Assembly: GCF_000002075.1 (NCBI RefSeq)
Contig: NW_004797726.1
Span: 542,335-606,334, forward strand
Source: Aplysia californica
Taxonomy: Eukaryota
DNA length: 64,000 nucleotides
Direction of reading: 5' to 3'
The notes below the pieces were generated by a model. That model saw only the letters and a list, made by a program, of their open reading frames with translations, was not told the DNA's origin and did no database searches. The position numbers were made by a program, and so were the translations under genes. Of the stretch, positions 12,883 through 27,400 are shown piece by piece. Every line of letters starts with the position of its first letter. Position 1 is the first letter of the stretch.

Positions 12883-15800
12883 TATGAGAGTGAGTAAGTG
12901 AGGGGGGGTGCACACACATATATATATATATCAAATGTATGTGAGGCAGCGTGGTGAAATTAGGCGCTCGTCAAAATAATGAAAGCCAAGAAATTGGAAT
13001 TTTCCCGCAGGCTAGGGAATTTTTGTTGAATTTTTGTTTTTTTGGTTCAATAACTTTCTTGCCCATTAAAGAGCGCATTTTCATTGAAAACATTGATTAA
13101 AGGCGGAAGAAATGTAAATTTTCAGTTCCCACGGACTCTCAAGCTAAAGAAATAACTCAAATTTGGCAGCCATTTTCTCGATAATTTTACCTCTGAAACC
13201 AGATGACCCTCACCTCCTTCAGTCGCACATATCTCGACTTCTATTCAACATGGATGGATATTAATATTATATTCACCCAAAACAAGGAAAATGGACAGGC
13301 CTTAAGATGGTACCATCAACTCTGTATTCCCAAAAATTGACGAGAGCCTGATTCCACCGCGTCGTGCCCCTTATTGAAATGGCATTATATTTTATATGGT
13401 CGTTAGACCTTGTTAGGTTGCAAGATCACTTGAAAGCTCCTGTTATCACTGCTCCCGTAGAAAGATGACATTATGTGTCTAAAAATATGATAGATGTGTT
13501 GATGATGTAAACTAAAACTAAAACATGCTTTTGTTTACTGCAGGTGAACAAAATGTCTCTGAATGACCGTGTGGAAGGGGAGCCGCTGCGCTTTCAGCTG
13601 ACTGACCGAACTCCTGGCTCAGACGTGAGGATGATTGTCCAGGCCAACTCAGAGGAGAACAAAGACACGTGGATCAAGCAGATTAGATCTATACTGGATA
13701 TGCAAGGAGATTTCCTGAGGGGTGAGTCTACCTACAGCTGTTTCTGGCCTTTCTCATTGTCGAGTTATTGAGTGTTCTTTTACTCTGTTTTGCGGAAACG
13801 TGCATTACCCGACTCTGGAAGAACTTTAAAATTGTGTTTTGGTCGTTGATTTTGAACTTTTCATGTGTTGTCTCACTTTATGCTCGACTCAGCGGATCAA
13901 TTAAATGGAAAGAAATGGAAAAAAGAAAACGTAGTTGTGAATGACAATGATCCACACTATGTAAGGTATTTTGTAACCATTTGGTTGAGAGACTTTGTTC
14001 GAAAATGTAGTCTGTCTATAGCATCATTGAGCACATATTAGGTTGATAGTATGAAATGGAAAGAGGACTGATAATTGGGTGATAATTCAAGTATTAGGTG
14101 CTGCCATTCTTTGAGGGTGATATGAGGTAGTTCACCAGCTTCTGTTTCCTTCTCGCAGAGGGTTTTACTCTTAGTTTGCACATGCTACAATTTGGTGCTA
14201 AATAATCTTAAGTGGGACCTACATTGTGTTTTGCTTTTTATCAGTAGGAAAAGAATGATGGTATCTCGTTCTCCATATGTTTACTCTACAACTTTTTACA
14301 GCTAGATAATATTTACTGTTGTGTTTTTTTGGTTAATAAAGAAGGCTATTTTAAATATGATTTCCAAGTGTTACTATGCTTTTCTTTCTTTCGTAATCTA
14401 ACTTTGCAGACAGTCAGACTGCTTTTAAGGATGCAGTTTTTGTTTAAAAAATCGTGCAATGAGAATAGACACCTCCTTAGTTGCAAAGAATTATATCTTT
14501 ATTTATGGCCTACATAATATGATCTATGTTCATCTCTTTAATTAACTTTGCAGTATCACAGCAGAGTTTTGAGATGAAAATGGACCTTAAATTTTTCTGT
14601 ATATAAGAAAGCTTACCAAAGTATACTTGAGATTTTTAAAAATCTCGAAGAACAGTGAGTTGGCTGAAGATATGATTGCATATGTTGATAATCTTTACCC
14701 CACATGTATCGTCTCTTTTCTATTGTATTTTCTTTTGTTTTCTCCAGCTCTCCAATCTCCAATAGCTTATCAGAAGGAGCTCACAAAGGAATTGTAAGTT
14801 TTATGCGTGCAGTGTGTTTGCTTTGTCTTGTTCACTTCTTGACTTCTTTCTTCTAGAATGCTACAATTTTTGTCATATCGTAGTTTTGTGGTTTGCTACT
14901 TTTTTTGTTTTGGCTCATGGGGTGTTTTTAAGGGTTGAGACAAGCTGTCAAGTCTTTTTCTCCCTCCTTTTGATTTTGTTCTTTCATTTCTGTTTTGAAT
15001 TGTGTTTGATTCTTAAAGCTTTCTCCTTTATGAGTATTCCTGTTCTGCATCTTACTATGGCATGTTTGTGCGCAGATGCTGGATACAGTTATTGTTTTTC
15101 AGTATTTTCCTTCCTTTTCTGTTTCATTCTCACTGACGGCAGGTGGTTGATGAAGGCTCTAAAGTTTTCTGGTCCTTAATCTTCTCAGTGGTACTTTTAT
15201 CATAATCCATACTTGATGAAGTCTTCCTCTAACAGTGCTGTCTGGCTATATCTCAAGTAATCCTCATCTTGTACTCCTTTTTCTTGTGAAGAATCGTGTG
15301 GCCTATTTATATTTCAAGGAGCATGTATCTCTCTCTGACTGACCAGATATTTAGAGGCATTATTTTCTTCCTGCTTTTCCAGTGATATTAATGTCCTTAT
15401 CAGCAGTGTGCTTTCTTTCACTCTTCAATCAATCCTGTGCTGGGATGTATGTTCAGATCTGTTCAGGTGGTAGATACAGAAAAAAGAGTTACTCTCATTT
15501 CGTCAAGCAGTATAATTCTCTTCAATGTGTAGTTTGGTATCCTGTTGAATCAAAGCTTCTCTCTATGATCTCTGCTATGCAAGGACTAAATCTTTGACTG
15601 TGGATAGCCTTTTCCCATTGCATAGTCTATATAGATCTCTTCCCACTGTATTTTTTTTTAAATCCAAGAATCCTCCCTTCCCCTCCCATCCCCCCATCCC
15701 CCCATCCCCCTTCCCGTCCCCTCGTGGGTGGTTGGTGGGTGTTCTGGTGTGGTTTGCTCCTTCTTTCCTATCAAACAACTATCGTCCTTATCTCTCCTCC

Positions 15801-18207
15801 ATTTTTTTTATGTTTGTTACTCTCTTGTAACACCTCTAATCTTCTGCTCTTATATTATGCCCTTATTGTGTTGCAAGTGCCGTAAAACCCTTACTAAAAC
15901 TAAAAATCCCATTCCCCTGCTTTCAGGTGTCAAATCCTGTCCAAGAGGCTTGGTGCCCCTTTCTGTTGTATTTTTAAAGGTCGTCCATTCTAGAGTATCT
16001 GAAAGCCTCCNNNNNNNNNNNNNNNNNNNNNNNNNNNNNNNNNNNNNNNNNNNNNNNNNNNNNNNNNNNNNNNNNNNNNNNNNNNNNNNNNNNNNNNNNN
16101 NNNNNNNNNNNNNNNNNNNNNNNNNNNNNNNNNNNNNNNNNNNNNNNNNNNNNNNNNNNNNNNNNNNNNNNNNNNNNNNNNNNNNNNNNNNNNNNNNNNN
16201 NNNNNNNNNNNNNNNNNNNNNNNNNNNNNNNNNNNNNNNNNNNNCTCTCTCTCTCTCTTGCCCCCGCCCTCCCCCAGCGGCGTCGGTAGCCTAGCGGTTA
16301 GGCTACCCGACTCGTAATTGTGAGATTATGGGTTTGGGGGTTTGAGCCTCTGCTCGGTCTGACGTTGTGTCCTTGGCACTTTACACGAAATTCCGACTTG
16401 GCTTCGTCTTTTCAGAGATGGACGTTAAACTCGGAGGTCCCACCTCTTAAATAACCTAACAGTATTGACAGGAGCGTTAAACATGTACCATTTCACCATT
16501 TTCTCCCCCCACCCCCCCAGTCAGGAAATTATATTTTTAATGATGCTTTGTGAAGACTCTTTTATTACCGACCTTATTCCTTCCAGGTATGAGTGCTCTT
16601 CCAAAGTTTAAAAGAAAAAAAAGTGATTTTCTGTTTCTCTTTTCCTGTGTATTCGGAGCACGAGGTTGAATTCTGTTGTATCTCATTACTTTTTTAGATA
16701 TTTACTCCAACTATCAGTGTTCTTGTTTTCAGTAAACCATATTCATGTTTGGATCAGGATTGTCCGTACATTATTCTTTTTCCAGTGGATTTGAGCCCTT
16801 TTTGAGTCTGTAAAGACTTTGTAATGTCTCATTTTCTAGTTTGTTCTTCGTTAAATTCAGAACCTTTGGGGGTGTTTATCTTTTTCTACTTGTGTGTTGG
16901 CAAGATGTTTTAGCTCTCTATGGGTGTCCTCGTGGTTTTTTTGGCATGGTCTCAGGATGTTATCTATTAGCTCTTTCTAATTTGTGAATGAAATTTGCCT
17001 GTTTTTTGTTTTTTACTTCTCTCCGCAAATATGTCCTTTGTTTTGTCCTCTTTTTTTGTGCGTCTGATAAGGGTTGATTGTTTCCCTTTTTTGCGGGGTG
17101 GGGGGGGGTGTAATAATATCAGATTTTTTAAAGCTAATGATAATTAATGAGGAAGTTTTCATCATGTATACAATTAATCTAGGTCTAACTTTGTTTTGTT
17201 ATTGCTGTTGTCAAAACAATATTCAAATTTTATGTTATTTATATAATAACAAAAAGTATATGATAATGATGATTGATGTAACTATTATTTTTTCTTTTTT
17301 TTTCTTTCCATTACCATTATTATAATAATATTTTTACCCTTAGTTTCTTTTTTGTTGTGACTGTTTCCTTACTATAAGTGTTGCATGACCTTGAGCTTAT
17401 TGTTTTTCATGAAGACTTCGGGAGCCAGAGCTGGGTTTCTTTTTACTTTATCTGAGGCCCAAATTCAAGTGTTTTCCCATTCTGCCCTATGTCAATCCAA
17501 ACTTCTGCCGTTCTGACCTTCCATGGTTATATTATTCCCTGTGGAAGCTAATAAGAAGAGAAGTCAGTGTGTTTTGGGGTTAACTTCCATTTTTATTTAG
17601 GATTTTAATCAAGACAACTCATCATTTAATTTTGAATTGGCAAGCACTGTCTCAAAAGTTTAAAAAAATTATTGCCAAAAAGCTGAAACTGATAAGCAGT
17701 CCTTTGCTACTGTCCGTAAAATCTGTTATTACCTTGAAATGACCCCCAGGATATAATTTTACAACACTCCGCGTCAAGAATTTAAGCAAAAAAAAAATAT
17801 TTTAAAAAAATAATAATAATAAAAAGGGTTTAAGGGTGACCGTAGTTCTGTGAGACAAACACCATTTTAGATTTCCCTGGCTCCCTTAGTCCTACCGTGA
17901 AATGTTTGTCATTGCATTATTTCCTTTGTATTTTTGTTGTCTTTGCCTACTTTGGCGTCCTGTCTGTTTGTGTGTCTGTGACTGCAATTTCATTATTTTG
18001 TTTCCCTGGTCTTGTCCATGTGTTTGTTACAGTTTTCCCGTCGTAAGGCCTTTCAGTTGCCATGTCTCCTGTGTTTGTTAGTTCGTCCGTCAATACCTGT
18101 TGTTGTTGGTGACTTTGGGTGTGGGTGTGTGTTTGTGTGTGTGTGCACGCACCTCACCCACCGGTCTGTTTTCTCGTACCAGTGGCTGTGTTCAAGCTGT
18201 GTACATG

Positions 18208-18245
<38 letters not shown>

Positions 18246-18340
18246 TACATAATATGTATATATGTACATATTATATATACACTTGTATGTGTGGTCGTTG
18301 TATACATACATGAATGTGTAAGTGTGGTCATTTTTCTGTT

Positions 18341-18410
<70 letters not shown>

Positions 18411-21400
18411 CGTGCGTGTCCTGTTTCGCTGTGATAGCAGCTTGACCTGTGAAGATTTTGTTGTTTTTTCAGTTGAGGCTCTAGCCCTGTGTCATCCTTA
18501 GCCGGCCGTGGTAGCATGTTCTCTCTCCCCCCGAGACTCCGGTCCTCGCGCTAGCACAGGCCTAGAGCAACAGATCACACACTCTGAGTGAAGGGGCATT
18601 ACATATTCAGTCTGCCGAGTGCACTAACCATAGCAATCGTCATGCAGCAAACTAAGGTTTAATGGGAAAAAAAACAATCTTTGAGCAGTCTGTGTTCCAA
18701 CCAACCAACCAACCATCCAACCAACCTACCTACCTACCTACCTACCAACCACCAAACTACCTACCTACCAACCAACCAACCAACCAACCGTACACAATAG
18801 ATCTCAGAGCTTCAGGAATCAGATCTGCCGGTGATCACAATTTGCCTTAAGGGAGATCTGTTGTGTTTTCCAGTGTAGCTCATGCATTTGTGGAAAGTGT
18901 AATATTGTTGTTCTTCGATGAAAGGAGGATGGATATTGTGTTTGATGTTATCAAGGAGACAGGATTTTCGCCAACTGACATAAACTCTGTGATGTAGCCA
19001 AAAGCGGGCAAATGTTTCAGGATGGAATACTTGAGATCAATACTATCAATTAATTAAATGTATTTTTTGCTGCAATGATACCCTCATAATCTATGCAATA
19101 GAGGCGTTCACATGCGTATGACTTAGTGAATGGGTGCGTGCGTGTGTGTGTGCGCGTGAGTGTGTGTTGTGTGTGTGTGTGAGTGTGTAGACATATATTA
19201 ATGTTGGCGTCTGTAGTGAGCGCTCCTTTGTTAACCTTCGTGCTGATGGCTCCCACTGGTGTCGTTGTAGCCGGGCGTGTCTGTGTATGCTTTCATCTCT
19301 CATTTTGGTTTGTACTGTTTCATTTGAAGTGCATTTCTTTCTCATTGTTCTCTCGTGTATGTATGTATGAATAGTTTTTTGCTTGAGTCGGTTCATGTCC
19401 GGGTTTCAGTTTTGCATCATGATTTGTTTTTCCAGTGTGTTGTCAAGTGTTTCTATTTGCTAAATTTTTCTCAATCATTTTATGACATGTTGTATTCACA
19501 ACATTCCTCCATTTTTAAAAGTTATTTAGTTATGGCAAGTTTCTTTGCTAGATTTGGTCACGATACAAAGTGGTTGTTTTTTTTTTTTTATAGTATTTTA
19601 ATGGAACAGATTGCTGTCAACTCAATCTCAGAACTATTTAGAGAACAAAGGTAACCAAAATAAGAGATACTTTGAAATCATCCATTAAATATGTACCTGT
19701 TTCTGAATTCAGGTCTACTCAAAACAACCAGATTTGAAGAATAATTTCTATATGCTTTTCTAATCTCGATACATTCTGATACACAGGAAAAAACTGCCAT
19801 TCGTTTTCCTTTTTCGCAATGGAATTGAAATTTTAATAAAAGTAATATTTATAAAAGTTTATCCGTCAGTATTTGACGATGAATTGATGTGCAGTATTCT
19901 TTCAACAATGACCCCTTCAGCCATAATCTGAATTGTTGTGTCCAAAGTGATCTGTTCTACCTTATAAAATACATCCCATCTTGTCGAGTTAAATACGGCC
20001 TTTCATACGGTTTCACCTGTGGTCCATGCTGTTATGGTTCATTAAGCCCTTAGTTTTAAGTTAAATGTTGTTTGTACTGTCCTTTTCAATGTAGCCTATG
20101 GTGTCCTGGGAAATGTTGCCACTGTTGAAATTTTAGATAAGGCCCATTTTGTCGTTGCAAATGAGGCTCGTGTGTTGATGTCACAGGTGGCCTGTGTTGT
20201 TGTGTCCCTTGTGACCCCTGTTGTCTTGTTAAATATGACCACACTGCTATACGAGATGTATCCCTGGTCTCGTGAGCATAGTTTTTGTTATATTAGAGAT
20301 CCCATCTGTGTTGCCTTGTAGAATGTTTCCACTGGCGTTAATATGGAATGAAGCCCATGCTTGTTCATATCCTCTCCCCCCCCCCTTCCAACCTTTGTCG
20401 TGTCTAATCATGTGTGTATTGTCATGTCAACTGGGACCAGTGTTGTGTCAAACCCATATGTTTCTAACGCATGTACTGTCACCCCACATGTTGTCTTTGT
20501 TGCGTACAATATAGTCTTTGTTGTCCTGCCAAATGCGGCCCAATATGTCTCGTCAAATTTGACCCCCCATGTTGTCTTTTGTCCCTGATCTTGTAGTGTC
20601 AGATACGGCTTGTGTTGAGGACAGTCCGTAAGGAACAGGTATTTAATTTGTAAAGGGAAGTTGACAGGAAAAACCCAGGACCATGGGGGTGTGAGTGGAA
20701 ACAATGTAACCTACAAAATGTAGCCTTTACAATAAAATTTATATTTGTGGGTGTTTCAGAAATCACGAATATCCTTGATTTTCTTGGTTGGCATTTAGCT
20801 ACTTTAGCTACTTGATATCCCTTACCTTTTGTGGTTGTTTTTTTTTCCCTCTAGATCTCGTTTCTTTGTCAAAGGTAACAACACTATAGGTTTGTGTAAA
20901 AGTGAAAAGGAGGGGCGGGGTCAATACATAACAACACAGCGCATTGTGAAAGGTAGCACCAGTGTAGAATTATCTGTTTACTCTCTAGGGAGTAGACTTT
21001 GGCTCAAGACAGATTCATAATCTGTCACCTTGTACAGAGTGAGTATGGTCTCTGGGGCCATTAGAAGTTAGGGTGTGAAGCAGGGAAAGCCATATCTGGT
21101 GAATTTCAGTTTTTCTTTTTCTACTTATCTACTTTTTTTTTTTTAACTTGAATTTCTTAGAATGTTGTCATCTCAGAGGTTTAACAAGAGGGATCATGTT
21201 CTTGCTATATCGGCTAAGCCATGTTATAAACTTTTGAATCACTGCTGCATTTGTTTTTATGTCAAGATATTTGAATTGGCTTGAAAGTTTAATGGTGGGC
21301 AAGGCTGACATTACTTAAGGCTTAGTTGACACCGCTGGGATGTATCAGCATTTACATATTGTTTTTATAGTGCTCAGTTGTTCTGTAGTTGTATGGTAAC

Positions 21401-24400
21401 AGTCACTGTCTGTTCTCTTTGAACCAGCTTGACTTTGTCTTTGTCTTTTCCCAGTATTAGAAGAATGTATTGAGTTATCCCTGTGTCTTTGAATTACAAA
21501 CTCTATTTAGCACGGCGCCATTTTTTACCATTGTTTCTTTCATCCCTGCGTGTGTACGTTGTGCATGCCTGCGTGTGTGTATCTGGCAATATCCAGTTGT
21601 CTGTGTATGGATCTGCTAAGATCCAGTTGTCTTTTACCTTTTACTGTGTGCGGGGTGTGCCTGTGTGCGTGTGTCTGACTACATCCAATCGTCTTTGCCT
21701 TGTCTGACAGATCGACGCCGGACTTCAGCAACAGCTCTGGTCCATCGGACTCGTCGCTGAGAAAAACTCAGTCTCATCCACTGAACCGCGCTCACAACCT
21801 GAGCCCGTCCAAATCTGTTGCCACCAAAACAAAATCGGACACAGTCTTTGGAGCAGCGTCCAAAAGTAAAAGTGATCGCTGCAAATCGGTGCCGGGCCCG
21901 CTCAATTCAGAGTCTTCTGGCGAAGGCCAGGATGGGGGTGGGCCGGGGGACATGTCGGCGTCCTCATCTGTAGGAAAAGCCTCATGTCCCAACTCACCGC
22001 TCGAGGCCAGCAAAGATTTTGTGCGGAACACGGCCAGTGACGCGGGATGGCGGAAAGGCTCCTCCGCTGCCGCCCCTGTCTCCGTGGAGGCCGCGGCCGG
22101 CTCTAGCTCGCCCAAACCTCGGAAGACCATCTTTGACGGGTTCCGCAACACTCTGGGCCGCAAGTCAAAGTCAAGTGACGCCGGCAAAATGGCAGATGGC
22201 ACCTCGCCCCAGTCACCCAGCACCTCCACCGGCGGGCTAGACCCATCAGCCATAAATCTCACAGACGGAGGCAATTCGGAAGGAAGGACGGCCACTCCAG
22301 AATCTTCAGACGAGGCCACTACTGCAGCAGCGTCTGCAACCGCAGCGGCAGCAGCAGCTACAGCAGCATCTTCTCTTCCTCCTTCCTCCACGACACGGGT
22401 AAGTGGACGCAATGTGACCTCGTGATGGAAAGAGGAGGTAACTTTGAATGCAAAAAAGTATATATCTATCCATCTATTTGTGTGTGCGTGTGTGTGTGTG
22501 CGTGTGTGTGTACATATATCAGTTGCCGCCCTCTCGCCTCACAGGAGTTCCTGGCTCGTTCGTTTGTTCATACCTTAGTTTGCTGCATTCGTTAGTGCAC
22601 CATCCTCTGATGGTAGACATGGTTGGTTGGTTCGGCTGCTCGTCCGACTCCCCGTATGCCCCTGTCCTAGTTTCATACCTTGCAATCTTCACTGAGTTCA
22701 TACGTTGCCCCGGAGCACTCACCCTCCCTCCTGGTCAAGTGACGGCCACGCCCCCTACCCGTGAGTGATCAGCTGTCACTTGAGTCAGAGACAAGTGGGA
22801 TACACCAGGGAACACATAAGTCGTTTTTCATTCTGTTTTGTTCTCTACATTTCACCGTTGCAATCTACGACGTATAGATGAGTAGTTTTCAAACAAACAT
22901 ATTGGAAAACTAGTTGAGATGACAAGACTTTGATTTGTGAAAGCAGTTTTGTGTAGTGGATGGATGCAGGCATAAATTCTTGAGAGGACTTCATTTCGAG
23001 TGTTCATCTCTAGGATATTAATTGAGTAATGAAAGTGGACCGATATCCAGCGAGTGAGATTTTCAAATTAATATATTATGTTCATTCTACAATTTTATGT
23101 TTCATGAGTTCCAGAGAATATCATAGTGTCATATCTTAGTGTTATTACAATTTATTATTCTTTTAATAACATTCTCTTCTACTCTATGTTCATCCTGATT
23201 GAGACGGGGGTATTAACGAACATTTCACGATCACGAACAATGACTATGTAAACCACTCAGCTCTGTTTCTTTCGTTTGTTTGTTATGATTAATTCCCCCT
23301 TTTTGTTATGACTGTGAGAACTACTGCTTGCCTATGTACGACTTATGTCCGTTCGCATGCATTACTTTTTTGGAATATACGTGCATTTTGCTAAATTAGT
23401 TGTCTCCTCTCGGTTCAGTGTTTTCAGCGCTGAGCGGATCTCTTCCTTTTTCCTGTCAGTATTTTCATAAGTTGAATTGGAACTTGATAAAAGAGTGTGC
23501 TTGTAATGGGAGTTGTAATAACGTATTTGTCATTTCTGAAGATCAAGTGTTATTTCACATGTTAGTGGGGAGCGTATGCAGATTGATTTCCTGCTGATTT
23601 CCGGACAGAGCTGAGAGCAACCTCACAGCTCAGTTCATTTGATATTTCATGAGAAAATGCCTGGTTACATTGCATGCCAGTGGCAGGACTCGTGGCTACG
23701 ATGACTCCACGGAGACTGTACCTGGCTTTGTGAAAGAACAATGTGGCCACATGAGAGAAGGATTGTAGTGTATGGCCATGTGTGAGAAGTGTGTGTGTGG
23801 CGATGTGTGAATAGTGTATGGTTATGTGTGAGAAGTGCGTGTATGGTGATGTGTGAATAGTGTATGGCTATGTGTGAGAAGTGTGTGTGTGGCGATGTGT
23901 GAATAGTGTATGGTTATGTGTGAGAAGTGTGTGTGTGGCGATGTGTGAATAGTGTATGGCTATGTGTGAGAAATGTGTGTATGGTTGTGTGAGGGTACAG
24001 TTAAAGTGGTGGGGCTAAGTTCCAAATAGTTTGGTGTTTGCGTGGCCACATGAGAGTAGAGGAACAGTTGTGTGTGGTTACATGGAAGTAGCTATGAATA
24101 TGTGGCGATATGAGAGTATTGTGGCATTTCTGTGGCTACATGAGAGTAGAGGAATAGTTATGTGCGGCTGCATGAAAGTAGAAGGACAATTGTGTGACTT
24201 CTTGAAAGAGTTGTGGCATTTCTGTTGCTCCATATGGGAGTAGTGAACAGTTGTGTGGCAATTTGAGAGAGTGGTGACTGTATTACATCGAAAGAGTTCG
24301 GTGCCAATACATGTTTGAGACTTAACATTGTGGGTTATCTGTCTAATTGTATTGTGGCTGAGCATAATTTATGGAACATTAGGCACCCCAATGTCAAACA

Positions 24401-27400
24401 CGTCTGCCTTGATGGCTTTCATAGTGCTACTGTTCAGTCTGTACCAATTATTTATTCATTTATTTATTTTATCTTTTTTGGCAGTTGTTGGGTTTTTTAA
24501 TTGTTCCTATTTTCATTTGACTTTTTAAAAAATATTTTTTTGTGTTATGATCTCCATTCTTTGTCCTGTAATATCTCCACTATGCTCCTTACTGCCAGAA
24601 CTTCGTCGGAGCCAAGGTGTGCAATTGCTAGTGGAAATGAACACAGCTGTGCGAGGAGTGGCGATAGGTGTTTTGATAGGCAATTTGTTATCTTTTATAG
24701 CAGTAGTAAACCTGAACATTGTATTTGAATAGAGTATTTGTCGGGTTTTCTTTCAGAGCTGGCTGAAAGATGTAGAATTACTTGAGACCCCCCCACCCCG
24801 GCCAGTATTTTCGTAGTGTGGAAGGTTGCTCTTTTAATTCCGAGACCTACCTCAGAACTACCAAGTTCTAATTTAACTGCTCAATGCCTAATTTTGAGAA
24901 ATATGAGGTCCAAATTTTTTAGTTCCACAGTATGTCAAGCTTTTCCGAATGCAATTCTTTGAATATCTTGACGACTCGGAACATTTTTACTAGTTTGATA
25001 GAGCAGATCGAGCATTTGTTTTCTGGCCACTTGGTCCTAATAACTCAAAACGACTAAAAATATCAGATAAAACTTTGTAATTCGGAGGTAACGAATAGTT
25101 GAAACTACGAAGATGCTCTGTCACATCTTTTTGCCAACCTACGCACTCATTTGTCAGAACAGCAGTACCACTTAAGGACTACGCATTGAAAACTCATTGT
25201 CTGGCAATTTTCTGTCAACAATAACAACGAAAAGTCCATCCGTGATTTTGGTTAAAACCCTCCTATTTGTAATTCGGCGCCACATTTTCTTTTTTTACGT
25301 ATTATTTATAGGTGAAGATCACGATATGGATGGCTCCCCTCATTGAACGTGTTTTTTTTTGTTTTTTTAAAAATTATTAATATTTATTAATTTTTTAAAT
25401 TTTTAAAGTCACCCCGTCTATTCATGGGAAAAAAGCAGAACATATCCCACCTGTAGCATTTCAGTGTATTACTTTGTTATAGATTTATTATGTGTTTGTG
25501 TGTTTATGTGTATGTTTATGTATTTCTGTCTGTGTCTGGGTTCGTGTGTATGTGTTTGTAAGAGAGGTAACGAAACGATCACGATTTCTGTTGAAATAGA
25601 TGCATGTGTGTACATTTCCATTCTTCCATACATACTCTGGCTTCAGTCAGTTCAGCCCACTGTTTTGATTTTTTAACGACATTAACATTTTGTTCTCCCC
25701 TTTATGTGGCCCTCAATAACCGTCCGGGTCACGGGACTGTCATGTTTGCTAAAACTACACTGTCATTGCCATCATTGTTTTGCCACTGTATCAAAAGCTT
25801 TGTGCTAATCTAAACTCTAGGGGGTCATACATATTTATTCTATTGTAAAGTTGTGCGCTGTTGGCGAGAGCTGACAAAGTATTCGTTTTGTTGCTTGGGC
25901 AGGTGGGGGGGGGGGGGGGGGAATGTATGTTTTCCAGCCTCTTTGTGAATGACGAATAATTCATTACTAGCAAGTGTCTATACTGCCAAGCCCTGTCTCC
26001 GCACAGCTGGCTCATAGCTTCACAAAACCGTTGAACGTGCTTGTCCTCTCGCAGTACACATGTATTAATTACTACGCATTACCCAAAAGCGTTCAAGTTG
26101 AAATAGGGGCCTACGATTCCCACTCTTTTTTTTTTTTGCCTTCTTTGTTCGCTTGACCTTACTTAAAAGAAGCCAGCCTGACTGGCCTGTAGAATGACCT
26201 GCTTGGTTCTGTAGAAGGTGGAGCTTCAATATTAACTATAATAATGACTATAATATTATTAATAATGGTGTAATAGTTATTAACAATGAAGTTTAGTTGA
26301 AGAATTTAGGCCTGTCGACTCACGAGATGTTTGGTTCAGCAATAAATTGAACAGAATCCGTTTCTCACCCCTCATGCTCACCCCTTGGTCAACCTGATAG
26401 GTTTGGTTTGTTGCCATAAGATTGGTTTACAACCGTAGGTTGGGGGACACTGTCGTAGACAATGACTGTGTGTNNNNNNNNNNNNNNNNNNNNNNNNNNN
26501 NNNNNNNNNNNNNNNNNNNNNNNNNNNNNNNNNNNNNNNNNNNNNNNNNNNNNNNNNNNNNNNNNNNNNNNNNNNNNNNNNNNNNNNNNNNNNNNNNNNN
26601 NNNNNNNNNNNNNNNNNNNNNNNNNNNNNNNNNNATGTGCGTTTGTGTATGGGCGTGTTTGTGTATGTAAGTGTGTGTTTGCGTGCGCGTATACTCATCC
26701 TAACCTTTGATATTGAAAGGACCACTTTGCTGTTGGCTGTAGATTACTTTGCTGTTGGCTGTAGATTACTCCTGATGCTCAACGGTAATGGTCATAACTC
26801 TTACAGAACGGATAACTTGTCACTCTCTACTGGACAAGACATGCTGATTTTCCGGATAAATCCGATAATCCGGATATCTTGAATTATCCGGATATTTCAT
26901 GATATAAAATCGTCTTGATACAAGTGGTATTAGACAGCATCATTAGTGTCGAAAGCCATTCACTTAAGTCCGTTTGAGTAAATGTACTTTTTACACTAAA
27001 GACAAAAATGAGTTTTTGTAGTTATTCCTATCAGGGCTCATGAAAAGCCAGAAATTTTCTGTCTTGACCATAGCATTGAACTACATTTTGGTTATGTTAA
27101 AAGTTGCCTCTTTGGTCAAGCTTTGGGAGGGTGTAAAAATAAAAATAAAAGATTCATCAAATTGGACTTGAATGGATTTCTTGCCACAGGGACGATATAA
27201 TCCGTAAGTTCTGAGTCCCTGCACGTGCGCGTTTCCATGGGGGACCGAAAAGTTTAGGACTTTTTTCCCGTAGCCAGTTGGCACCCCTGCTGTACGGGAC
27301 GAAAGAGTTCCGTTTTCTGTTCTACCTAGCAGGACGCTGTCTCAGCCTACCGTAGCTGCCTCATGCAAATGCCTAGGTCAGTCGGTCAAAGCAGATACGG

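Noticed and set aside
21792-22412. 206-aa antisense ORF
   Set aside because: Shadow of the GC-rich, low-complexity sense exon; no domain similarity.
22523-22768. Phase-0 open frame of 81 codons just after the linker exon (possible terminal exon)
   Set aside because: The acceptor has no pyrimidine tract (TG/TA repeat) and the peptide is unremarkable; the sequence looks repeat-derived. Not excluded, but unsupported.
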